NCBI GenBank assembly: GCA_043817075.1
Contig: JBDRHG010000014.1
Location: 21,989-85,988 of the forward strand
Length of the DNA stretch: 64,000 nucleotides
Reading direction: 5' to 3'
Source of the DNA: an archaeon
GTDB taxonomy: Archaea > Nanobdellota > Nanobdellia > Woesearchaeales > JAADFO01
Below, piece by piece: positions 20,083-30,134 of the stretch. Both the position numbers and the translations under genes were made by a program. Positions within the stretch are counted from its first letter, which is position 1. Each line of letters begins with the position of its first letter. The notes beneath the pieces were generated by a model. The model did no database searches. It saw only the letters and a program-made list of their open reading frames with translations, and was not told the origin of the DNA.

Positions 20083-21256
20083 CTCCTTTCTCTTTGATGT
20101 CCATGACCGTCGCTACATCCTTGTCTCCTCTCCCAGAGAGATTGATGAGCAATACATCATGGTCCTTTGCGATCTTCAGAGCATGTGCCACTGCGTGGGC
20201 CGACTCCAGAGCAGGGATGATCCCTTCTCTCTTCGATAGGGTGTGGAACGCATCAAGAGCCTCAGCATCTGTGATCGATACATAGCTGGCACGCCCGGCC
20301 TGACGGAGCGCTGAATGTTCGGGACCCACAGCAGGATAGTCGAGGCCTGCAGAGACGGAATGAGTCTCGAGGATCTGGCCGTCGGTGTCTTGGAGGACGA
20401 AGGTCTTGGTGCCATGGAGTATGCCGACCCTGCCCAATTTCTTGTCCCCGAACCTTGCGGCATGCTGACCAGAGGGTATCCCATGGCCGCCTGCTTCCAC
20501 GCCGATCAGGTCCACATCTCCATCATCAAGGAATGCACGGAATATGCCGATCGCATTGCTTCCGCCACCGACACAGGCGACGATCGCATCAGGCAACCTA
20601 CCCTCCTGTTCCAAGATCTGGGCACGGGCCTCAACGCCGATGACGGATTGGAAATGGGCCACGATCTCAGGGTATGGAGCTGGACCGAGCACACTTCCGA
20701 GAAGATAATGGGTGTCTTTGACGTTGGTGGCAAAATCACGCAGGGCCTGGTTGATCGCATCCTTCAATGTGCATGATCCGGTGGTGACCGGTATCACCTT
20801 TGCGCCCAGCAGTTCCATGCGAAAGACGTTCATCTTCTGTCGTTCTATGTCGACAGAGCCCATATAGATCTCACAGTCGAGACCGAGCTTCGCCGCAGCA
20901 GTGGCTGTGGCCACACCATGCTGGCCAGCGCCAGTCTCAGCGATGATGCGTCGCTTACCCATCCTCTTGGCGAGCAACGCCTGACCGAGCGCGTTGTTGA
21001 TCTTATGCGCGCCGGTATGCGCCAAGTCCTCCCGTTTGAGATATATCTTACAGCCGGTCTCGGATGAAAGATTAGGACAGTAAGTCAATGCTGTAGTCCT
21101 GCCGACAAAATTGGTGAGGAGGGATTTGAGCTCCTGCTGGAATGATGGATCGTTCTTGCTTTCCTCGAACGCCCGGTCCAATTCTTCCATCGCCGGCATG
21201 AGCAGCTCAGGCACGAACTGTCCGCCGAAATCCCCAAAATAAGTCGATTTTTTCAT
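20063..21256 (-). CDS. trpB: tryptophan synthase beta chain
   Basis: [16 protein letters not shown] (PLP lysine), GAGQHG and GGGSNAIG. Confidence 0.92.
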   Translation of the reverse strand: MKKSTYFGDFGGQFVPELLMPAMEELDRAFEESKNDPSFQQELKSLLTNFVGRTTALTYCPNLSSETGCKIYLKREDLAHTGAHKINNALGQALLAKRMGKRRIIAETGAGQHGVATATAAAKLGLDCEIYMGSVDIERQKMNVFRMELLGAKVIPVTTGSCTLKDAINQALRDFATNVKDTHYLLGSVLGPAPYPEIVAHFQSVIGVEARAQILEQEGRLPDAIVACVGGGSNAIGIFRAFLDDGDVDLIGVEAGGHGIPSGQHAARFGDKKLGRVGILHGTKTFVLQDTDGQILETHSVSAGLDYPAVGPEHSALRQAGRASYVSITDAEALDAFHTLSKREGIIPALESAHAVAHALKIAKDHDVLLINLSGRGDKDVATVMDIKEKGGVQHGN

Positions 21257-21265
21257 TTTGATGCC

Positions 21266-22729
21266 TCAGACCGTGATACGATGCGTCGATTTATTCGGCA
21301 TCACTTTCAGATCAGCTTTTTTGGTGCTGTCCAGGAAAGTCTCCATGAACTCATAGATAAGGTTTCCGTCTTTTATCCCTGGGGAAATTTCAAGGGATGA
21401 GCTCACATCCACACCATATGGACTGAGCGTCAACACCTCATGCACATTGTCTGCTGATATTCCGCCTGCGATCATGATCCTCTTTCCTGGATGATCATGA
21501 ATAGCTTCCTGTAATATACCAAGAGGGACACGTTTGCCTGTCCCGCCAAAGGATTCGGAGGAAAATGCATCGAGCAATATGATGTCGGCCGTACACGACG
21601 CGATCCGATCCAAGTCGCCCTGATCCCTTATCCTTAGCCCTTTAATGACAGGTAAGCCTAGCCGGTCTTTGATATCAGCGATGTATGCTTCATCCTCGTC
21701 TCCGTGGAGCTGCACCATATCAAGACCAACGACCTTGGCTGTTCCCACAACGGTCGAGATCTCCGCGTCCACAAACACGCCCACGGTACGGCATGAAGGA
21801 ACAGCTTTATTCACGCCATCGATGATGCCTATCGCTCTCTCGGGACTGATGTTCCTGGGAGATTTTGCTTCGAACACGAATCCCATCATATCCGCTCCGG
21901 CCTTGGCTGCACAGAGACCTGCGGTCAAATCGGCGATGCCACAGATTTTGACGCGTGGCGAAGATAGGGAACTCAGACGCTGTCCGATGTCATCAGCAGC
22001 CATGATGGTCGTGCCGATGAGGAAAGCACCCGCGGCATCCGATAATGAACAGATGTCAGAACGAGAGTTCATGCCTGATTCAGATACGATGATGATGCCT
22101 GAAGGAACGAGCTTGGCCATCCTCGAAGTGTGCTCTAGGTCGACCTCGAAGGTCCTCAGGTCCCTGTTGTTGATGCCGACGATTTTGGAATCGGCCTCGA
22201 TCGCCCTATCCAGATCCTGCGTGTCATGGACCTCGACCAGGGAATCCATGCCAAGGGAAGCGGCTAATGCTGAAAGTTCGGTGATCTCTTTCGAACTGAG
22301 AACAGATGCGATGAGCAATACCGCATCGGCGCCTGCATCCCGTGCCTCGTACACCTGATAAGGATCGATGATGAAATCTTTCCGTAGGATGGGCAAGGCG
22401 GTGACCGTCCTTGCTTGCCTGAGCATGTCGAGGGATCCAGAGAAGAAAGGCCCATCTGTCACGACCGAGACCGCATCCGCATAGAGGTCGTATATCGCTG
22501 CGACTTTGGCAGCATCGAGATCCTGACGGATCACACCTTTTGAGGGGGAAGCCTTCTTGATCTCGCAGATGATGGCCGGGCGAGGCCGAGCCAGAGCAGC
22601 AGAGAAGGAACGAGTGGACGGCCGAATAGATTGCCTGAAGCTCTCCAACGGACGCTCACGTTTGATCGACACGAGATCTTCCCGCTTACGCGAGATTATG
22701 CGGTCTAGGATGGGGATCTGTTCAGTCAT
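21266..22729 (-). CDS. trpC: bifunctional indole-3-glycerol-phosphate synthase / phosphoribosylanthranilate isomerase
   Basis: The N-terminal half is IGPS (ICEIKKASPSKG, LRKDFIID, GINNRDL). The C-terminal half is PRAI (VKICGI..., GADMMGFVF, LLDAFS...GGTG). Confidence 0.88.
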   Translation of the reverse strand: MTEQIPILDRIISRKREDLVSIKRERPLESFRQSIRPSTRSFSAALARPRPAIICEIKKASPSKGVIRQDLDAAKVAAIYDLYADAVSVVTDGPFFSGSLDMLRQARTVTALPILRKDFIIDPYQVYEARDAGADAVLLIASVLSSKEITELSALAASLGMDSLVEVHDTQDLDRAIEADSKIVGINNRDLRTFEVDLEHTSRMAKLVPSGIIIVSESGMNSRSDICSLSDAAGAFLIGTTIMAADDIGQRLSSLSSPRVKICGIADLTAGLCAAKAGADMMGFVFEAKSPRNISPERAIGIIDGVNKAVPSCRTVGVFVDAEISTVVGTAKVVGLDMVQLHGDEDEAYIADIKDRLGLPVIKGLRIRDQGDLDRIASCTADIILLDAFSSESFGGTGKRVPLGILQEAIHDHPGKRIMIAGGISADNVHEVLTLSPYGVDVSSSLEISPGIKDGNLIYEFMETFLDSTKKADLKVMPNKSTHRITV

Positions 22730-23819
22730 CTGACATCACCTTTTGGGCGAAATCCGACAGCCGCTCCAGAGTGTCTTTGGCCTTGCCGCTGGCGATTGAC
22801 TCACGAGCAAGTGTGATTCCGTCTTGAATTGAGCCGGCCTTGCCAGCGGCAGCGATAGCGAATCCGGCATTGAGCAGTACGATGTCTGTCTTAGGTCCTA
22901 CCTCACCATCAAGGATACGTCTGATGATAGCCGCATTATGATCAGGATCGCCGCCCTTGATATCATCCAGGCTCGCCCGACGCATGCCGAAGGTCTCAGG
23001 AGCGACAGTAGACGTGGTGACCGTTCTGCCGCGCACTTCGCTGACTATGGTCTCACCGTGGATGGCGACCTCATCGAGGCCGTCGCCATGGACCACATAT
23101 GCGTGGGTCGTTCCCAGCTTGGCCAAGACTTGTGCGAGTTTGCCGGTGAGATCAGGAGAGAACACACCGAGGAGCTGGCGAGAGCAGAAAGCAGGATTGA
23201 CGAGCGGCCCGAGCACGTTGAACACTGTCCTGATGCCGAGCTCCTTTCGAGGCATTGCCACATGTTTCATCGCCTTGTGGAAGGCGGGCGCGAACATGAA
23301 TCCGATGCCAACGGACTCGATGCAACTCCGCACCTGCTCGGGGCTCAAGTCGACCCGGACACCCAATGCCTCGAGGACGTCTGCGCTACCCGACCTACTC
23401 GACACAGATCGGTTCCCGTGTTTTGCGACCGTCACACCAGCCCCGGCCGCCACGATCGCGACCGCAGTCGAGATGTTGAACGTGCCGCTCGTATCACCAC
23501 CAGTACCGCAAGTGTCCAAGGCATGGGTATCGCTGACAGATATGCGTTCACACTTGGCCCGCATTGTCTCGCAGAATCCGGTGATCTCATCGACTGTCTC
23601 ACCTTTCATGCGGAGAGCGACGAGGAGTCCGGCGATCTGCGCTGGGGTCCCGTGGCCATCCATGATGGCAGACATCACATCCCTGGCCTGTCTCTGAGTG
23701 AGGTCATGACCTTCAACGACCATACGGATGCTATCCTTCAGCAACCCAGTCTGCTGCTCGTTTCCGATCCTTCCGTCTGAAGGACCTGAAGGACCTGAAG
23801 GACCTGAAGTCATCAACAA
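22722..23819 (-). CDS. trpD: anthranilate phosphoribosyltransferase
   Basis: DTCGTGGD, KHGNRSVSSRSGSADVLEALG and NPA motifs. Confidence 0.9.
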   Translation of the reverse strand: MLMTSGPSGPSGPSDGRIGNEQQTGLLKDSIRMVVEGHDLTQRQARDVMSAIMDGHGTPAQIAGLLVALRMKGETVDEITGFCETMRAKCERISVSDTHALDTCGTGGDTSGTFNISTAVAIVAAGAGVTVAKHGNRSVSSRSGSADVLEALGVRVDLSPEQVRSCIESVGIGFMFAPAFHKAMKHVAMPRKELGIRTVFNVLGPLVNPAFCSRQLLGVFSPDLTGKLAQVLAKLGTTHAYVVHGDGLDEVAIHGETIVSEVRGRTVTTSTVAPETFGMRRASLDDIKGGDPDHNAAIIRRILDGEVGPKTDIVLLNAGFAIAAAGKAGSIQDGITLARESIASGKAKDTLERLSDFAQKVMSDD

Positions 23820-24436
23820 TCACCTCCTGTCAGATTGTTCTGCACCGCATCAAGAAGATTCTGGATGATCCGTCCACCTTGCGTAGTCAGGATGCTCTCC
23901 GGATGGAACTGCACCCCTTCGACCAGCGTCTTGCAGGACGGATGTCTCAGAGCCATGACCGTCCCATCCTTGGCACGGGCGCTCACCTCCAGGCATTCAG
24001 GGATCACCGCACCGCAAAGGGAGTGATAACGTCCGACATGAAGAGGAAGCGGCAGACCGGTGAACAGAGTTTTTCCGTCATGGCCGATGGGCGATGCCTT
24101 GCCGTGCACGATCTCGTCTGCGCGCGCGACCTTCCCGCCGAAAGCCTCAATGATGGCTTGATGTCCGAGGCATACCCCGAATATCGGTATCCGGCTGGCG
24201 AATGCCTTGATGAGTTCTATGCATACACCTGCATCCGACGGAGTCGATGGACCAGGACTGATGATTATGAGAGAAGGATTGAACTCTGAGACCAACCGTC
24301 CTAACTCATCGAGTGTGATGGAGTTTCGTACCACATGCACCTCGCAACCGCGCTGCTCGAATTCGTTGACGAGATTATAGGTGAAGGAATCGAAGTTGTC
24401 GACCATGAGCACCGGAAGAGCCATCTTAGGGTTCAT
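23813..24436 (-). CDS. trpG: anthranilate synthase component II (glutamine amidotransferase)
   Basis: Triad region GVCLGHQ and FHPES. About 200 aa. Confidence 0.9.
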   Translation of the reverse strand: MNPKMALPVLMVDNFDSFTYNLVNEFEQRGCEVHVVRNSITLDELGRLVSEFNPSLIIISPGPSTPSDAGVCIELIKAFASRIPIFGVCLGHQAIIEAFGGKVARADEIVHGKASPIGHDGKTLFTGLPLPLHVGRYHSLCGAVIPECLEVSARAKDGTVMALRHPSCKTLVEGVQFHPESILTTQGGRIIQNLLDAVQNNLTGGDC

Positions 24437-26031
24437 CGTTCTTCACCTCCAAGAGCGGCGAGACATGCTTTGGCCTTATGCGCGGTCTCGGCGTATTCTA
24501 ATTCCGGTACTGAGTCGAATACGACCCCTGCACCTGCACGGATGAATGCTCTATTACCTCTGAGGACCACTGAACGGATGATGAGTGCCGAGTCCATGTC
24601 GCCGCTCGGTGTGAGGTATGCGACGGCCCCGCCATAATAACCCCGCTTGGACTTTTCATTGCGCCGGAGAAGGTCCATGGCCATGATCTTCGGCGCGCCG
24701 GTCACCGTACCCATGTTCATCACCGCGGTGTAGACATGGAGCGCGTCGAATCCCTTCCGTACCTTGCTTGAGACATTAGACACAAGATGTTGGACATGAG
24801 AATATTTCTCCACAATGAGCGGTTCGTCGCAGACCGTCGTCCCCGGCACCGAGACCTTGGCCAGGTCGTTCCTCGCGAGGTCGACGAGCATCATGTGCTC
24901 GGCCACCTCTTTCTTGTCTATCTTGAGCTCGGCCTCATAGCGGCTGTCGAGATCGATGTTGAGCTCGCCATCGATGAGCCCCCTCGGTCGGGTGCCGGCG
25001 ATCGGTCTGATCTCGGCTGTCTTCTCAGCGTCGCGGCCATCACCGTTCTTGCCTTGGACGCGCACCGCCATCTCAGGGGATGATCCGATGAGATGATGGT
25101 CGCCGTTGCAGAAGAAGAACATGTACGGTGAGGGGTTGAGCCGGGAGAGGCGGATATATGTTCTGAAAGGATCGTCGTCATAGTCTGCGATGATGGTGCG
25201 GGACGGCACGATCTGGAAGACATCGCCGGCCTTGACATGCTCACGCATGTTAGTGACCGTCTGGATGTATTCATCTTCAGTGGTGTCGGACCGCAGCTGA
25301 TCGGTCCCCGAAGATGCCGCAGGGAACGGTTTCAGGGACGATGGAACGCCCTGCTCCAACGCCTTCCTGTAGGGAACAAAAAGTCTTTCGCATTCCTCAG
25401 ACGAGCGAACGATGCCCCTCCCTGACAATGATGCGGCTATGATATGCATCTCGTCCTTCTTGTGGTCGACCACGAACAGGTTGTCGGCGAAATAGAACAC
25501 ATAATCGGGTGTGCCGATGATGTCCTCCGCACTAGGCGACAAGGTCTCGAATTGATCGATGAAATCATAGGAGAAGATGCCGAACAGCCCGCCGTAAGGG
25601 ATGGTCGGCTTTCCCTCCGGCTTGAACATGAACGCGATGCGTCGGAGGATCTCCGTATGATTGATCGAGGTCAGACGTTCCATCTCATCAGCATGATCCG
25701 CCAGGCTCCGCGAGACAAGACGTCCTTTGAGACTGTCCCCATCCATCCGAATATCATCGACGAAGGAAAGCTCTTCCTGGATGGGACCGAGAAGCTTGCT
25801 GCCAAGCGGAGTGAGGGCCTCGATGAAGAATCGATCCCCATTCCCGACGATGCGTAGGCAAGGAGCATGAGTGCCTATCGAGTGCTCGCCGTATTTCGGG
25901 ACGATGTCCTTCGACTCGAGCAGGAAATGGTACTCGCTCCCTTTGGTCAATGCGCGGTAATAGTCGTCGATGCTCACAGGTCGCTTGACTGTCTTGACGA
26001 TAGGACGTAAAGAGATAGGGGTATCAGGCAC
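24433..26031 (-). CDS. trpE: anthranilate synthase component I
   Basis: Chorismate-binding blocks SPEMAVRV, GTRPRG, GAPKIMAM and GGAVAY. Confidence 0.9.
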   Translation of the reverse strand: MPDTPISLRPIVKTVKRPVSIDDYYRALTKGSEYHFLLESKDIVPKYGEHSIGTHAPCLRIVGNGDRFFIEALTPLGSKLLGPIQEELSFVDDIRMDGDSLKGRLVSRSLADHADEMERLTSINHTEILRRIAFMFKPEGKPTIPYGGLFGIFSYDFIDQFETLSPSAEDIIGTPDYVFYFADNLFVVDHKKDEMHIIAASLSGRGIVRSSEECERLFVPYRKALEQGVPSSLKPFPAASSGTDQLRSDTTEDEYIQTVTNMREHVKAGDVFQIVPSRTIIADYDDDPFRTYIRLSRLNPSPYMFFFCNGDHHLIGSSPEMAVRVQGKNGDGRDAEKTAEIRPIAGTRPRGLIDGELNIDLDSRYEAELKIDKKEVAEHMMLVDLARNDLAKVSVPGTTVCDEPLIVEKYSHVQHLVSNVSSKVRKGFDALHVYTAVMNMGTVTGAPKIMAMDLLRRNEKSKRGYYGGAVAYLTPSGDMDSALIIRSVVLRGNRAFIRAGAGVVFDSVPELEYAETAHKAKACLAALGGEER

Positions 26032-26941
26032 TCCGAGCCACCTCCATCGGATGGCTGGAGAGATCAGCCGAAAGGGTGATCAAGGGCCGTAAGTCATCGA
26101 CGAGAGCGCTCATCTCCGGAATGTTGAGCTGCTGATCGGCATCGCTCAACGCGACTGAAGGATCAGGATGGCATTCGACCATGATGCCATCCCCGCCGAC
26201 CGCCAGGATGGCTTTCGACAATGGTCCGATGAGGGATTTGATGCCGGACGCATGGCTTGGATCCCCGATGACCGGCAGATGTGTGAGCTGCTTGAGCAAC
26301 GGGATCGCCGAGATGTCGAGGGTGTTTCTGGTGCGGGTCTCGAATGTGCGGATACCACGTTCGCAGAGGATGATGTTGGGATTGCCGTGTGCCGCGACAT
26401 ACTCTGCTGCATGCATGAATTCATCGATGGTGGAGGAGAATCCCCGTTTCAGCAGGATCGGATTGCTGACCTCGCCGACTTTCTTGAGAAGAGCGAAGTT
26501 CTGCATGTTGCGTGACCCGATCTGCAGGATGTCAGCATGCTCGGCCACGAAAACGACCTGCTCAGGCTCCATCACTTCAGTGACCGTGACCATACCTGTG
26601 GCGCGGCCGACCCGTTCAAGGATGAGGATGCCTTCCTGGCCAAGCCCCTGGAAAGAATACGGCGAGGTCCGAGGCTTGAATGCTCCTCCTCTGAGGAATG
26701 AGACGCCCATTCCCTTGAGGGCCTGGGCTGCTGAGAGCATCTGGGATTCGGATTCGATAGCGCAAGGGCCGCCGATGATGATCGGCAGATCGCCGCCGAC
26801 GGTATTCCCTTTGATTGTGATGATAGTGTCCTCGGAACGGGAATCCCGGCTGACTGCGAGCGTCGCTGGCTTGGTCATCGTCTTTTGGTTGGTCGCGGCC
26901 TTCTCGGCCGTTTTTTCGATGGTGATGGTTTTTTGGTTCAT
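26024..26941 (-). CDS. 3-deoxy-7-phosphoheptulonate (DAHP) synthase, class I-beta (KDO8PS-like)
   Basis: IIGGPCAIES, FLRGGAFKPRTSPYSFQGLG and GDPSHA are typical of the family. Overlaps the trpE start by 8 nt. Start set at the ATG 8 nt after GGAGG; the track start is a TTG. Confidence 0.8.
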   Translation of the reverse strand: MNQKTITIEKTAEKAATNQKTMTKPATLAVSRDSRSEDTIITIKGNTVGGDLPIIIGGPCAIESESQMLSAAQALKGMGVSFLRGGAFKPRTSPYSFQGLGQEGILILERVGRATGMVTVTEVMEPEQVVFVAEHADILQIGSRNMQNFALLKKVGEVSNPILLKRGFSSTIDEFMHAAEYVAAHGNPNIILCERGIRTFETRTRNTLDISAIPLLKQLTHLPVIGDPSHASGIKSLIGPLSKAILAVGGDGIMVECHPDPSVALSDADQQLNIPEMSALVDDLRPLITLSADLSSHPMEVARSA

Positions 26942-27093
26942 TGTGTATGCCTCCAAGGATCGGTGCAGCAGTTTTGTGGGGTTATGGGAACAAAGAGAGA
27001 ATGGATTGGCATCTACCGCCAGATTCCGTTAACAGAAAAAGGAGCGTTTGGGAAGATGTCTGCCGATGCCATGTGATGCTGCTACCATTCATC

Positions 27094-27105
27094 AGCATAT
27101 AAATA
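27094..27105. promoter_or_regulatory. A/T palindromic TATA-like box in the divergent aro-trp / ACT-regulator intergenic region
   Basis: GCATATAAATAT is the only strong TATA-like element between the two divergent genes. It lies about 50 nt upstream of the ATG at 27157 and about 150 nt upstream of the DAHP synthase ATG. Confidence 0.4.
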
Positions 27106-27156
27106 TTGTGTCATAAAATAGAAAGATTAATAAAAAACGTCACACATATCAGGCAT

Positions 27157-27798
27157 ATGTCACATATGAGTCAATCATTCCTCGCATTCCTACGTGCACA
27201 CCCCGAGGTGGAGAAATGCAGCGCCCTGGGACTCATCAACCGACGGTCGTTGGCGAGGCACCTCATCGACCGAGGCGTGGCCGACGCCAAACAGCTCGAC
27301 GCGGTCATCGCCATGCTCAGACGCCATGAGTTCTCATGCTCTGAGGTGGACGAGAAAGACGGCCTTCTGCTCGATAAAGCCAGGCTCCAGATGAAGGACC
27401 GCATCCTCATCCTGGATTTCGAGAAAGAGAGGGCATTGCTCGAGAAGCTTGAGGGCGTCATCAGCACCACCCGCTATGAGAAAGGCGATACGCTCAAGCT
27501 CGTGGTCGGCACCGGCTCCATCAAATTGTTCATCGACCAGGAGAAGGAGAAGACCCTGGCCAGCATCACGCGATCATTTTCCCCCCTGCATCGCGAAGAT
27601 GACATAACCGAGATATCCCTGCAATTCCCCGAGGATGCCCGAGTCTCCAAAGGCATCCTCGCAGGGATCACTCGGGAGCTAGCCATAAATGACATCGTGA
27701 TAAACGAATTCCTCACCGCGACACCCGAGCTTCTCCTCTACGTCAAGAAGGAATATGTGCTCAAGACGTATGAGGTGCTGCGGCGGATGCAGCAATAG
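27157..27798 (+). CDS. ACT-domain protein, putative amino-acid-metabolism regulator (COG2150-like)
   Basis: The C-terminal segment ITEISLQFPEDARVSKGILAGITRELAINDIVINEFLTATPELLLYV looks like an ACT fold. Divergent from the aro-trp operon. The start could be 27157 or 27166. Confidence 0.5.
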   Translation: MSHMSQSFLAFLRAHPEVEKCSALGLINRRSLARHLIDRGVADAKQLDAVIAMLRRHEFSCSEVDEKDGLLLDKARLQMKDRILILDFEKERALLEKLEGVISTTRYEKGDTLKLVVGTGSIKLFIDQEKEKTLASITRSFSPLHREDDITEISLQFPEDARVSKGILAGITRELAINDIVINEFLTATPELLLYVKKEYVLKTYEVLRRMQQ

Positions 27799-28798
27799 CA
27801 GCAATAGCAGCAATAGTCCCCGATGCTCCAGAAGAAGGTAACCAGACCACCAGATGCTCCCGATATACAGAGTACGCATCATAGTCATGGTATTGGTCGA
27901 CGAAATCTTTCTTGAACGAATCCATAATCCGACGAAACGCCCTGTCGCTCTCCACATGAATCTCGATGGTGAGGTCGTACCGCCCCAAGAGCTCGAGGGC
28001 GTAAAGACAGGTATTGGTCCGATCGAAGAATTCGATGATCGACGGGATCGTGCTCAAATTCTTCAAGCTGAAATTGAGCTGGATAAATTGCAGGCCCAAC
28101 TTGGAGAAGTTCGGCGACGATGTGTACGAAAGGATGATGCCGTCCTGCTCCAGTTTCTTGATCCTGTATTTGACGACCTGAGGATCGATGTCCACTCGTC
28201 TGCCGATTTCCACAAGACTCATCCTCGCATCCTTCGATAGCAATTGCATGATCTGCGAATCGACAGCATCGACAGAATAGCTCCCCAGCTCATCCTGATA
28301 ATATGAATGCATAGATGACTCACCCCGATGGAGGAATTTGAGATTCAGCCTATGCGTGGTGAGCACCGTATGGATAGCCTTGTCCAAGATATGCTCGCCG
28401 AATCGACCAGAGAAATCCTGCCAGAATTCCCGAAATTCCCGAGCGGATCGCACCATGATGAGGAACAACGCATCATAGGGGCCTTCGCAGCTCCCGAGGT
28501 AGGCGCAACCAGGATTCACCCGAAGGTATTCAATGATCCCTTTCTCGATCTCCGGCGTGGTGTGATGGAATTTGATGAAGGTCTTGTAATAATAGAAACC
28601 AAGTTTCGCAGTGTCGAACACAGTGTAGAAACCATTGATGTACCCCTGCTTCAACAGCCGGTTCAGACGATAATTGACCGTCTCTTTCGACGCCCTGACC
28701 TTCTTGCCGATGGCTGTGGCAGACATCCTGGCGTTGATATCCAGTTCATACATGATTTTTCTATCGAGGAGGTCCAAGACCATACTTGATAATAACAT
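27761..28798 (-). CDS. tandem-duplicated Lrp/AsnC-type regulator (two HTH + effector-domain modules in one chain)
   Basis: Two HTH_AsnC-like segments: LLDRKIMYELDINARMSATAIGKKVRASKETVNYRLNRLLKQG and DSQIMQLLSKDARMSLVEIGRRVDIDPQVVKYRIKKLEQDG. Each is followed by an alpha/beta effector-like module. Confidence 0.7.
   Translation of the reverse strand: MLLSSMVLDLLDRKIMYELDINARMSATAIGKKVRASKETVNYRLNRLLKQGYINGFYTVFDTAKLGFYYYKTFIKFHHTTPEIEKGIIEYLRVNPGCAYLGSCEGPYDALFLIMVRSAREFREFWQDFSGRFGEHILDKAIHTVLTTHRLNLKFLHRGESSMHSYYQDELGSYSVDAVDSQIMQLLSKDARMSLVEIGRRVDIDPQVVKYRIKKLEQDGIILSYTSSPNFSKLGLQFIQLNFSLKNLSTIPSIIEFFDRTNTCLYALELLGRYDLTIEIHVESDRAFRRIMDSFKKDFVDQYHDYDAYSVYREHLVVWLPSSGASGTIAAIAAIAASAAAPHTS
27789..27815. 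repeat. 3 x 9-bp perfect tandem repeat (GCAGCAATA)
   Basis: Read directly. It spans the stop codon of 27157-27798 and encodes IAAIAAIAA in the tail of the convergent gene 27761-28798. Confidence 0.9.
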
Positions 28799-28877
28799 AG
28801 AAATCCTATAAAAAATTATCGTTTTTCTAAAAAAATGTCTAGAAATATTAATAGCTAAGTAAAACTACCACTACATC

Positions 28878-29393
28878 ATGGCAAAAAAAATCAAGGTCTA
28901 TCTCAGCGCCCGCATATCCCAGGATGCCCATGCGTGGAACGAGAGGGTGTGCAGCCACCTCAAGCCGCCCCTCAGCGTTTTCATGCCGCAGCAACACAAC
29001 CCTTGGAATGTCGCCCATGAGACATTCCAGATCGGCGTATATCAGATGGACCTGGAGGCCATGGAGGAATCCCACATGAGTCTGCTGCTTCCGCCCTATG
29101 GTCGGGACTGCGCATGGGAAGTCGGCTGGTACGTGCATGCGGACAAGCCGCTGGCCGTCTTCGTCGACGACCAGACCAGATGGCTGCGGGACTGGATGGT
29201 CAAGGGCGGGCTGAATTACATCATCACGACCAACCAACGGACCTACCGACGGCTCATGAGAGATCCCATCCTGCAAATCAAGCAAGTGCTGTTCATTGAG
29301 CACCTCGACCAGCTCGGAGGGGTGCTCCAACGGATTTGCCACGACCATTACCACAAGAAGAAAAAGGATGGCACAAGGAGGAAGAGAAGATGA
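28878..29393 (+). CDS. nucleoside 2-deoxyribosyltransferase-like protein
   Basis: KVYLSARIS at the N-terminus and YGRDCAWEVGWYVHADKPLAVFV resemble the family pattern (Y-x-AG ... D-x-G-T-x-x-E-x-G-x-A ... KP). Lys/Arg-rich tail. Confidence 0.5.
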   Translation: MAKKIKVYLSARISQDAHAWNERVCSHLKPPLSVFMPQQHNPWNVAHETFQIGVYQMDLEAMEESHMSLLLPPYGRDCAWEVGWYVHADKPLAVFVDDQTRWLRDWMVKGGLNYIITTNQRTYRRLMRDPILQIKQVLFIEHLDQLGGVLQRICHDHYHKKKKDGTRRKRR

Positions 29394-30112
29394 GGAAAAG
29401 GATTCTCATGCTTATCATCGCCCTGCAGTTCGGGCAACTGCTGACCCAGGACCCGATGAGAGAAGTCCAGGCGAAGAACCCAGAGCTCGTCACCCGGACG
29501 ACGCTGGGAAGCCTCATCAATGGGATGGAAGGGTCTTATATCTCAGCAGAAACCCCGTTCTATATGTACAGGCTGGGCATCGTTGATTCGGTGGAGAGCG
29601 CCACGCTGGGACGATTTTCCTATGCCGCGCAGGCCACCGGCGCCCTGTCTCCGGAGCCCACGCTCTTCACGCATGCGAACAAGCAAGAACTCGCACTGTA
29701 CTGGGATGCGTTTAGTCTGGGTTTAACCTATCAGGAAGAAGGCACAGGCGTCGAGAGCACGCTCAAGATCGGAAGCGCCTCACTAGCACTGAAAGCTTCA
29801 CAAAAACAAGGACTGCTTGAGATCAAGCTCCTGACGGACAGAAATCCCTGGTTTCTCTACCTACGCGGTAGGGCAACACGCGCATGGGATGAAACAACGA
29901 ATCCCTCGCGCACTGTCAACGCCGGGGCGCTTCTCGCCTACAACCTTGATGGGTATTTCTTCATCCTCTACGCAGAGACGTCTTGTAACAGAACCTGGAC
30001 TGTTGCCCCTGAGTTTCAGTACCACACCCCGCATTGGATGCTGGGGGGATCGATACTCGTTGACCAGAGCCGGGAGGCTTGCCCCATATTGACTATCAGA
30101 TACAAACAATGA
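29390..30112 (+). CDS. secreted hypothetical protein, beta-strand-rich
   Basis: The start ATGA overlaps the upstream stop. Signal-peptide-like MRKRILMLIIALQFGQLL is followed by alternating hydrophobic/polar stretches. No family recognised. Confidence 0.45.
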   Translation: MRKRILMLIIALQFGQLLTQDPMREVQAKNPELVTRTTLGSLINGMEGSYISAETPFYMYRLGIVDSVESATLGRFSYAAQATGALSPEPTLFTHANKQELALYWDAFSLGLTYQEEGTGVESTLKIGSASLALKASQKQGLLEIKLLTDRNPWFLYLRGRATRAWDETTNPSRTVNAGALLAYNLDGYFFILYAETSCNRTWTVAPEFQYHTPHWMLGGSILVDQSREACPILTIRYKQ

Positions 30113-30134
30113 CCGGAGATGGAGAGGTGAGCAC

